The notes beneath the pieces were generated by a model. It was not told the DNA's origin, did no database searches, and saw only the letters and a program-made list of their open reading frames with translations. From assembly GCA_965153455.1 (NCBI GenBank), contig OZ234494.1, forward strand, positions 9,176,001-9,240,000: a DNA stretch of 64,000 bases, in the 5' to 3' direction. Shown here in pieces: positions 26,969 to 37,600 of the stretch. This DNA comes from Sphagnum compactum. Taxonomy: Eukaryota. A program made the translations under genes and the position numbers. The number at the start of each line of letters is the position of its first letter. Positions within the stretch are counted from its first letter, which is position 1.

Positions 26969-26986
26969 TGGTATCAGAGCATGGTT
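26969..26986 (+). promoter_or_regulatory. Primer binding site for initiator tRNA-Met
   Basis: TGGTATCAGAGCATGGTT; TGGTATCAGAGC is the canonical plant tRNA-iMet PBS. Confidence 0.92.
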
Positions 26987-27034
26987 CCGATGTCTGAGAG
27001 TTTGGTAGCACCTGTAGTGGTCTAGATAGAATGA

Positions 27035-27704
27035 ATGTCAGTGATCATGTCTTCGTCTAGTGGCGAAGGAGTTCCGGTGGAACCTGTGAATCAGGAAGAT
27101 CGTGAGCTGAACATCATCCGTAGATTTGATTTCGTCACTATTCAGAATGGCCCACAAAGAAGGGCGGCGATTCTGCGTTTCTTAGGATTTGGAGTTGTGC
27201 GTCTAGTAGGGATAGATCCCGACGAGGCTAGAGTAGGAGACATTGCTGTTGAGATAACGCATAGTGGTTTCCACACAACAGCCCGAGTTTGGCTGAAGGT
27301 TACCGATGGAGCAAGGGCCTGGGCCTACACATCAGAACTACAGGAGAACTTTTACTATACTTCCTACCTTGCGTAGGGTGGATCCTGCGTATTCAGCTAG
27401 ACAAAGTGCACTGCCGAGGCTGGGAGATATCTGGATCCCCAAGTCTGCAGCTTCACCGAATCACTTTGTGCGATTGTTCATACCAGGCATAGAAGACCTA
27501 TTTCAGGCGGGCGACCGATTGCTTCGGGTTGAACATAGTGGATCCCGATCCCGCCTCATTAGCTGGCGAATCTGGCGAAGCCAGAATGGCGAATGGAGAT
27601 TCCAGCAGGAATCAACTGATGAACAGAAGTTCGTTACTATTCCATCTGTTTATCCACCATTGAAGCCGATCCATGAAGGAGTGCAGGCCGAGTTCGATGG
27701 ATGA
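27035..27704 (+). CDS. Extra ORF of unknown function between PBS and gag (~222 aa if one +1 frameshift at 27350-27353 is corrected)
   Basis: ORFs 27035-27376 and 27306-27704 join as ...ELQENF/TILPTLRRV... when one T of the TTTT run is removed. The two halves share motifs. Confidence 0.6.
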
Positions 27705-27932
27705 ATCGGATCGCAGTTGGTTTTGTTTCAAGGATCAGAACCGAGTACAGGAGCTAAGATTCTGAGTGATTTTATTTGTGCATCTGTTTTCCTTTTGAAA
27801 AGCTGTGTGTGGGTGTGTGTGTGGAAGGGTTGGACTGCAGCAAATAAACAGTTGTTGAGTTTCTATATTTTTGAGGACTTTGTGTCTATAAGCAGTTTTG
27901 CAATTTTTCTGTCCTCATTACGCATCTGCAGA

Positions 27933-30900
27933 ATGACTAGTCCACAGGGCATGGACAAATTGTTCTGGGGGCGCGATCATGAAGACGTCAACGATTGGGC
28001 GGAAAGGCTCAGTATGGCTGCTGAGTTGCGCGACCTCAATGCGGACAAACTTTTCAAGATTGCCAAGCTCAATCTGAGAGGCAAGGCCCGGGAGTGGTTC
28101 AGAAAGCTGCAGCCGGCGCCGGCCGACTGGCTTGAGCTGAGAACACTGATTTTGCAGAAGTATGGCAATGTGGACACTGACGACATTCGAATGAAGCTCG
28201 ATGTCATCAAACAGGAACCCAAGGAGCGGGTGCAGAAATATTTTGAGCGATTGGATAAACTGTTTCAGCGGGGGAAAATTCCCGATGCCGAACAGAGGAG
28301 GCGATTTCTGGGTAAGTTGAAACCAGAAATTAGGAAGATATGTGTTGTTAGAACGTACGCTGACATAGAAGAGATGGTGGGTGCTGCCACAGAACTCGAA
28401 AGGGTGCTGGGTGAGCTCGGCGAAACTCCATTCGAACCTCTAAAGGAAGAGCAGGAGGAAGGAGTTGCAGAGACAATGATGGAAAAGCAAGTCAATGCTT
28501 TCAATGATACGCTTATCAATTTCATGAAGGGGAATGTGTCTAAACCAGTCGCATCATCCTCTTCCAGCATGTCTGGAGTGTGCCAAATTTGTAAAGGAGG
28601 AGACCACACCGCCATAGCATGTCCGAGGCTTAATGAACCCCGGCCCAAATGTGCCAAATGTGGGATGCCGCATAGGACAGAGAATTGTGGTGTGAAGTGT
28701 TCTTTCTGTGCAGGGTTAGGGCACTCAGAGGACAGATGCTAGAAGAAGCCAAGGGATGGGAAGACGCACCCCGGATCAGCTAACTTCCTAGAGGTGATGC
28801 TGGATGATGAGGAAGCGACCCTGCGCCAGCTTAACAAGCTGTGTGGGGGTGAGAACTTGTTCTCCTACACTCGGGTACCAAGAAGAAGAATGCCTGTGGA
28901 GGTGACACCAGCAGCGTCAGGACTAACTCCTGATCCAACAATCGAAGGAGCAGGAGCCAATCGGGAGGAGTCTGTCAGATCGAAGATTCTGTCCCATTTT
29001 ATTAAAGGGAAGATATCATTGACGCCAATGGAGACAGTGATGATGATACCAGGAGAGTTGGAGCACCTGGAGAATCTGGTGAAGGTAGCTTGGAAGAAGA
29101 AAGATGTGGAGGCTGTAAACACTCAAGTGTCGATGGTTTCAGCCGTCCCAACACTTAGACGTCTGTATATCAGCAAGACGCACAGGAGCAAAACGCTCCA
29201 CCTTTCGGTCGAAGTGAACCAGTGTTTAATTGAAGGACTGGTGGATACTGGAGCATCCATGTCAATCATGGCAGCTGCAGTAGTTCGAGAGCTGGGTCTA
29301 ATGCATTTAGTGTCTGGATCGGAGACATACAAGACGGCCTTAGGTGCCATTACACAGGCACTCGGCCGAATTAGTGAGGTACCGATAAAGGTCGGGGGAG
29401 TGCAATGCAGGATGACTTTCATGGTTGTGGATACGGATAGCTATGACATTTTACTAGGGCTTGATCTGCTGATCAAGATTGGCGCGATTGTGGATGTTGA
29501 GCAGGGACTGATCCAAGTCAGACGAGGTCCTGGGGCTGATGTGGAAGTGCTGCCACTCACCATGGTAAACTTGATGCAGAGATCGGACTCAGCCACTGGT
29601 GACTACAATAACGATTGTACTGGGAAACACCCATCTGGAGAATCGGAGGCAATGGACGGAGCGTCCTACTTGTCTCAACAGAGCATTAGTGAGCAAATCG
29701 CCGAACTGGAATCTGAGTATGATTCTGGCTCAAGCGAAGACTCTGATGAAGGGAATCAAGCGGTGGGTACGACTGAGGAAGAATTTGAGTTCGGGAATAT
29801 CGAACTTGAAAATTTAGTGTTGTCGGAGGGGCCACAGCAAATTCTGCAGCTCATGCTGCAGGACAAGGCTGCTGATTTCATGAAGGAGGAGGTCATTGAC
29901 AACGATGACTATGCTGACTGGATCCAATGGGCTGCTGATGCTGAGCAACGCAAGCAGAAGCCCTCGGAAGCAAGGAATGCAGGACAAGAATCTGTACTAC
30001 TGCAGTTTCAACAGATGGAGGTCGTTGACCCGTACGACTGTGTCAAGGAGCGAATCATGAAGAACCCCAAGGAGGATACACGGTGGGGCGAGATTTGTCA
30101 GAAGATTCGAATTGATCAGCACCTGGACAAAGGGATGGAACGACAGCTGTGGACAGTCCTAGAGCAATATCAAGAGGTATTCGCCTGGAACAAAGGGGAG
30201 CTTGGGTGTTGCAACGTTGGAGAACATCTAATCGACACACAAGGGTTCCCACCTTGTAAGGTAGCCCCTGGTCGATTGTCATATTGGGAGGAGACTGAGG
30301 TAAACAGGCAGATTAATGTGTTGGTTGAGTTGGGAAAAATGAGGCCAAGCAACTCAGCATACGCTTGCCGGGTAACTCTACCTGTCAAGAAGGATGGAAG
30401 CATGAGATTCTGTGGGGACTACAGACCCCTCAACTTACAAACTCGGAGGGATTCATTCCCTATGCCCCTAGTAGAAGATGTGATATCTCAATTGGGGAAG
30501 TCAGCATAGTTCACTACACTGGATTTACAATCGGGATTCTAGCAGATCAGGATGGCTCCTGAGGACATGGGAAAGACAGCGCTTGTTACCAAGAGCGGTC
30601 TGTTTGAGTGGACTGTCATGCCATTCAGACTCAAAAACGCCACGAGTACCTTTACGCGAACCATGACCGAAGTCTTCAAGGATTTGGGGAACTCATTCCT
30701 GAAAATTTTCGTTGATGACCTCAATGTCCACAGTAAAGAATGGCAGGATCATCTTCAACATCTGGGAGCTGTACTCTCTAGACTCAGGGAAGTGAACCTG
30801 AAATTGAACCCGAGCAAGTGCTGTTTTGCTGCAGGAAGTGTTGTTTTCCTAGGACATGTAGTCAGCAAAGAAGGGACTAGGCCTAACCCTAGTAAGATCG

Positions 30901-33260
30901 ATGCGGTACGGGAATTTTCGGCGCCTACAACAGTCGTCAATGTCAGATCCTTCCTAGGATTGACAGGGTACTACCGCAGATATATTAAGGGATATTCGAA
31001 ACTGGCAGGTCCTTTGTTTGAACTCACTAAGAAGGATGTGGTTTTTGTCTGGAACCAGGACTGCCAGAGGGCGTTTAACGCTTTGAAGAAGGCACTTATA
31101 GGAGCTCCAATTCTGGTGAGGCCCAATTTCAAGGAGCCCTTTTTCCTTGATGTGGATTGGTCGACCAAGGGAGTTGGTGCTATCCTGTCGCAGAAAGAGG
31201 GTAGATTCGAGAAGGTCATAGCCTACGCCAGCAAGGCATTGACGGTGGCACAAAAGAAGTTTCACCCCATGGAAGGAGAGTGCTATGCTTTGATCTGGGG
31301 AATCTTACACTTCAGACAGTACTTGCACATAACTCATTTCACATTGAGGACGGACCATAAGCCGCTCGAATGGTTGGCGACTGTATCAGATGCACATGGA
31401 AGAAGGGGTAGATGGATTGACCTGCTGCAGGACTACAGCTTCAAGATAGTCCACAGGCCAGGAGTGAGGCATGCGAATGCTGATGCCCTGAGTCGGAATC
31501 CAGTGGGGCAAGCTATGGATGATGAGGATTTCCATCAGGAAATCCAGGATGATCAGCACACACAACATGGAGTGGCCGAGACGGCTGAGAAGATATTGTC
31601 TGTTCGGCATGGTCAGCATATGGAGTGGCGTGGGAACAGGAGGCAGTTGAGGGAACATACTGAGCATCGCGGGTGTCGTCCCGGGATCAAACATTGGCAC
31701 AGCTCGGATCCCCACCACCTGTTTATGATTGAATTGGTGACTGCAACTGATTCAGGGGAGGAGGTGACCCCAAGCGCAGAACGGTTGGATGTAGCTGAGG
31801 ATGAAGACCTGGAGGTTGATCAGGGTAAGCAGAGACATTGGAAAGGCCAGGTCAGGTATTATAACAGAAGACAGCAGCTAGAACTGGTTCTAGCTGCTCA
31901 AGGAATGTCTGAGGTCGGAGGCCATGAAATCAACTTGACCATTGTGGATGAAGCAGACAAGAGTGGAGGTGAGATGAAGGGCCCTGACATCTGGCAGGAT
32001 ACGACCTGTCTGGCACTCTTGAAAGAAGGAGTGTTGCCAGAATTGATTGAACTTGAAGAGAGCAAGAGGGTGAGAAAAAGAGCAGCCAGCTACTGTTGGA
32101 AGGAGCAGAAGCTCTTCTTCAAGGATCTCTACGTACCCAGACCTGAGGAGAGGAGATCACTGGTACTGCAGATGCATGAGGATCTGGGACACTCGGGTGA
32201 ATAGAGGCTCTTGTCCGAGATCTGTCGAAGGTATTTCTGGCACTGTCGAACTGAGGACGTCAAATCGGTGGTCAGGAGTTGCCAGCAATGTCAGCTAGTC
32301 AAGAGTGAAGGAAGTGTCCGATCCGGGGATGAGAGGCTCAAAAGCATCCCTGTCTGTGATTTGTTTTACAGAGTGGCGATGGACACCGCAGGGCCACTGC
32401 CTGAGACCAAGGCAGGAAACAAGTATATCCTTGTGGCTATCGACCATTACTCCAAATGGTGTGAAGCCAAGGCCGTGGCGGATCATGGTGCTAGAACGGC
32501 AGCCAGGTTTCTTGAGGACGATTTGATTTGTAGATATGGAGTACCTGGTTTCATATTGATTGACAACGGAGGGGAGTGGGGTGCAGAGTTTGAAATTATG
32601 TGCAAGGACTACGCTATACAACATCAGCGCACTGCACCTCAATGGCCCCAGTGCAACGGGATGGCGGAACGCATGATCAAAACCATCAAGCATGGTATCA
32701 CAGTTCTAGCCACGAATCCTGCGAATGTGGATTGCTGGGATGAACACCTGGCTAAGGTCTTGTTTGGGTACAGATGTGGGGTCCAGGCGAGCACCAAGTT
32801 CTCGCCATTCATGGTTCTAACCGGTCGATCATCGCGACTCAGAGCTGACAACTATCTAAGTGCGCTGACTGGTGTTGTGGATGATGGAGTTGATGTTGAA
32901 CAGATTGCAGCACAATTCCTGGAAAAGGTAAGGCTCATAGCAAGCATACATGAGAGCGTATTGCTCAATGTAGAGCAGGCACAGAAGAGACAGCGAAGCA
33001 CGTATGCAGATAGGAAGGGCAAACACCTGTTTGAAGGTCTCATTGCTGGAGAGACTATGGTCAAGATGAAAAGGCCAGGCAAGAAGCGCGCGTTGGCCGC
33101 AAGCTGGGAAGGCCCATACCAGTTTGTTGGGCATGTGGATGGGAAAGGGAACTATGACTTTGAGGAAGGTTGTCGCCTGTGTATCGTTCAAGATGCTGAT
33201 GGAAGGCAGTGGGAGAGATCAAGGAGGGACCTACAGATCTACCACATGCAACCCGATTAA
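27933..33260 (+). pseudogene. gag-pol polyprotein in a single frame with four premature TAG stops
   Basis: ORFs at 27717, 28794, 30552 and 32211 share one frame. Retrotransposon gag, three zinc knuckles, protease LVDTGAS, RT (DYRPLN, FVDD), RNase H (DVDWS, TDHKPL), integrase HHCC and DDE core, GPY motif. Stops at 28740, 30507, 30540 and 32202. Confidence 0.93.
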
Positions 33261-33285
33261 GCCGAGCTGAGGGACTCAGCTGTTT

Positions 33286-33298
33286 AAGAAGGGAGGGG
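33286..33298 (+). promoter_or_regulatory. Polypurine tract
   Basis: AAGAAGGGAGGGG, 7 nt upstream of the 3' LTR start, preceded by hairpin AGCTGAG-GGA-CTCAGCT (33265-33281). Confidence 0.85.
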
Positions 33299-33305
33299 TT
33301 ACATA

Positions 33306-34253
33306 TGTAATGCGAAGGTAGGTGGACAGATTCAGTGTGAACACTGAACTGTGTTTGGGATCTAGGTTTGTTTGAGGCGGCCACCTTTTTGTTTTCGGCG
33401 CTCATTACTGCTGCATGGAGTGCATGGTTGCTTTCTCCCTTGCTTTGTGTGCTTTAGGATAATCTTGGGAGATGGCGATGGAGAATGATGAATGCTGATG
33501 GTGCCGAATTGATGAAAAACGGGCGGCGACGGCGAACGGTGAGGCTTCGGAGGGAAGCTTACGGAATCTCGGAAAGCTTTTGTGTGGCTCTGGAGGTGTG
33601 GAGTGCATCTTTTTCCCGGACGGCAAGAAGGTTTAGCTCGGAAGGTAGGAGAGAGAGAGGAGAGACAGACAATTTTGGTTGGTGTTAGAGGAGAAAGATC
33701 AGGAGGCTAGAATGGGATTAGGAGAATAATTTTGGGAGGTGTGTGGATCTGTAGAAGCTGGAACTGTAGAAGTTTGGTAGTTGGATAGACATGGTGATGG
33801 TGTAAAGCTCTGTAGTTAGGTGACTTTGGCTGAACGCCTGAATTTCCGCTACGCCTGGTAGTTAGTCAAATGGTTGTTGTTGCTGCAGAAGAATTAGAGA
33901 GAAAGAGAAAGAGAGTCGGAACAGCACTGAAGCTGTTGTTTTGTGAGTCTTCTGATGTCCCGAGAGCTTATGCTTTCGGGATTGTACATATTTTATAAAT
34001 GCAATGGAAAGTTTCTTTGTTTGATACCTGTGTGAGCGGTGAGGAAGAAGAAGGATGCTTGAGGTTGGACATGTTGTTGTGTCTGTACATCTCCGATCTG
34101 TGAGGTGGGGAGGAAAGAGCCGGTCAGTAGTTGCTGTGTGAGAAGGTTTGGAGTTCTGTGTGAGTAGAGAAGATCAGCAGAGTTCAGTCGACAAGGTTCG
34201 TTGGCCACAGTAGATGTGTTGTGCGTTCTATGGACCCCTCCTTTTTGGTTACA
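33306..34253 (+). repeat. 3' LTR
   Basis: TGTAATGC...CTCCTTTTTGGTTACA; terminal inverted TGTAA/TTACA. Confidence 0.95.
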
Positions 34254-34695
34254 ATATATTTGTAACTTGGATTTATAGTCATACTTCAAGTTGCATTAGA
34301 TGCCTTGTGATGTTTAATGGCCCATGAATCACATGATAAGACAAAAACAATTACATTTTCATTTATTTTTTGATGCCCTTGAAAGTGGATGATATAAACC
34401 TCGATGGGGACATCAAATCCACTGGCCTCCCCCGGCGGCCGACACCTCGATGAAGAAGGAGACGACGATGAAGCCCCGAACGAATGTAGCGGCGTTCGCG
34501 CGCCTGATTGCGATTCAAAAAATCTTGTTGCGGATCCAAATCACGAGGTCGCAACAAATTTCTGAACCCAAAAAAGAACAAAAAAGAATTCCCGCCAGCT
34601 CGGTGTGTCGCCGGACTTCTGCAGAGCTATGAATTCAGCTAGTTGGGTTGTACGTGAATGATTGAGAGAGAGAGAGAGAGAGAGGAGCAATGCGG

Positions 34696-37600
34696 ATGGA
34701 TGCGATGCGGGAGCTTTGCTCCTTGTTGGAGGGAAGGCAGGATGTGGCGACATCGGCAGGAATGGGTGTGCTTTGGCGACAGTGTCCGAGACCGGGGTTT
34801 TCGCTGCAGCAGGAGCAGGAGCAATCCTGTCGTCGTCTTCTGCATATCACGTGGCGGCAGTGTCTAGCTATCTTGCTGGTGGCACGCCTGGTAGCGCGAT
34901 CTTCTCTTGGTGGTTCTGGACATGATTCATCTCGTCAAATTTTTGAGCTTGTGTTGGAGTTTCTGCAAGCAGTGGCGACGGGGATTGTGATCGATGGTTT
35001 GACGACGTTCAATAGAGAGGAATTGGATCCTTACTTCGAGGAACTCATCGGCTACGTCGCGGAAGCCGTGGAGGACTATCCGTTTGTGTCCCCGGATGTG
35101 AGCGTTGTGGTTGCTGGTGTCATTGAGCTAGCCGTCGCAGCGACGGAGGAGGAGGAGGAGGAGGAGGGTGTGGTTGCTCTCTCTCGGAAATTCGATCCAG
35201 TGCTCAAGTCCCTTCTATCAGCATTGGCAAAGCGGTGCCCGGCGTTGCAAGATTCTGATGCGGAGCGTGTGGCAATGTTATTGTTGCAGCGATGGACGTC
35301 ACTGGGTCATCATAGATCTGTGAGCTCTGCGTCGCTCTCGAATGGGAGTCTTTCTAGTAACGGTTCCGTCTTGCTGCTGTGTCGCACGCCGGGATCTAAC
35401 GGGCACAACAGCAAGTGGTCTTTGGGGCATGAGGAGGCTGACACCGATGGACCAGTGGAGACAAGAAGACCGCAATCGGAAAGCCCGAATCCAGGAAACC
35501 CAACTTTCCATACCCCGAAGTCCACGCCTTCCAAAATAAGCCCCTTCGCGGACAATGGGGTCGGTGACAGTAGCGCAAGCTCCGAAAAGTTTGATGGAGT
35601 AGGGAGGAAGGTATCATGGGTGCAGCTTCAAACTGCGTTAGAATCCGAGACAATAGATTTTCTGGAGAGACAGGAGCTCGCATTTCGATTGCTTGGCCAG
35701 ATCATGCTCAAACCCACCTCTACCAAGGAAAAGCTTTCATCTCAGTTGAGCGCTACAGCAAGACAGCAGTTGAATGCTCTTCTACCCCTTCTCAAGGCAT
35801 GACATATTTCACCATTGCTCTTCCATTGATTTTGTTGATTTCTGAATTGATTAGCGCAGAAAGAAGAAAATCACCGAGTTCTAGCAGTAGTTAAATTCTG
35901 GGTGTTTAGGGTTTAGGGTTTATGCACCTGCAAGATTGATTGCCATCTCATTTCCCATCCACAAGCAATGTGTTATGCTGCTTTGCTTGAACAGGTACAC
36001 AAAAGAGGCCACCCAGTAGATGGATTGCCACTCTGTGTGAAAGTCAATGTGAAGTTGCAAACATTCCAAGCAGTGGCCATCCTGGAATTAAACTGGATAT
36101 CACAGGCGTTTAGTAGTGATGAGAAGGTGCATGCAAACCAGTCTGCTGGCAGCTTGATAAAAGACCCGATTCGAGAAGCTTTATCCTTGTTGATGGGGAT
36201 AGCAGATGCTTGCATTACATCACCATGGCGAAGGCTTAAATCATGTGAAGCTCTGTTTGAAGCTGTGGTCACAGGTGTGGCACGAGTTTCTGCTTACCAA
36301 AGCAGCCAGATGTTGAAGATTCTTCTTTTGCACTTCAAGACGCTTGTCTTGGCCATTTGTGCTCAGGTGTGACTGCAAGCATACAATGGTCTATGCTGTT
36401 TTTTGAGAAATTATTCTGTTCAATATGCTCTTGTTTTTCAAAAACCATGTAGATCTTTGAGGTTTGCATGTGACATCTGCCAACATGTATTTGTCAATTT
36501 GCTGGTTGTAGTGTGTTGTAAATTGTGACATTTCTGCAGGCAGATCTATTGGGGACAGGCCCAAGTCCTTTTTCTGAGAGTATTGTGAAAGCTGTCTGCT
36601 TGTTGGTTGATGCCGGCTGGAACTCAGACAGGGCAGCTGTTAAGTCTTTCCTTCTGACATTGGCTGCCTACGTCCGGGAGCGATTGGAGCAGGTGATGTC
36701 TTGCAGTTAGATTCTTTCACTTGATTTTGGATCTTCTACCTGCTTATAGCATATCCTTGCTCAATTCTATTGGAAAGCAGATTGAAAATTTGCATATGAA
36801 ATGCATGTATTGTGCTTCATCCTATCCCGCTGTCTGTATGGTTGACATGGCCTTAAAACCTTGAATTGCTAAACCCTCTGTGGGTGGGGAATTCTGAACA
36901 GGAAAAGAAGGAAAGGCCAATGACAGCAATGACCCAGCTTAATATCATACCTTTACTGGCTGATATGGCTGTCTTGCTGAACAAAGTAGATGTTGTCAAC
37001 ATTATATTACCTCTGTTCATAGAGAGCTTGGAAGTAGGGGATGCTTCTTCTCCTGGTCTTGTGCGATTAAGGGTATGTTGGAAAATCTGGTTGCAAATTC
37101 AAAGAATGCCATTTTTGCAAGTTTCTTGTTGTCATTCTGATGGTATGTATCACATTTGCTGTGGTGTCTGAGTGACAATAGAGTCATGGGGCTGCAGGTC
37201 CTGGATGCAGTAGCATGTATGGCATGCTTAAGATGTGATAAGTCATACCGGGAGGTTGTGGTGCTTCTGACACGTAGCTATTTCAACAATCTCTCGGTTG
37301 TTGGCTCCCCTCATAGCTGTATCATTGTTCCTGAAGTTACTACTGAGCGGTTGGAGGTATGGAACTTCTTCCCCACTGTTTTGGGCTATAACAAATGCAA
37401 TTGAAAAATTGGTTTTTGACAGCAGAGAATATTATCTGATCACATGTGAGAAGAAGTAACCCTTCTACAAGCAACCTCAAGGTTGAACTGCACCCAGCAG
37501 GAGGGATTGGGTCTTCATATCTGCTGGGTTGCATTTGTTAGATTATGCTCTGTTGACCCCACTACTGTGGGTGTGAGCACATCTGTGGATTGTGCAAGCA

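Larger units (their letters stand above)
26030..34253 (+). mobile_element. Full-length Ty3/gypsy LTR retrotransposon, no chromodomain seen, inactivated by in-frame stops
   Basis: Two ~0.94-kb near-identical direct repeats; outer ends TG...CA; tRNA-iMet PBS; PPT; domain order gag-AP-RT-RH-INT. Confidence 0.97.

Noticed and set aside
28740-28742. TAG near the end of gag as a programmed read-through site
   Set aside because: It fits TGG to TAG decay like the other stops (C-W-K-K is typical after a zinc knuckle); cannot be excluded without sister copies.
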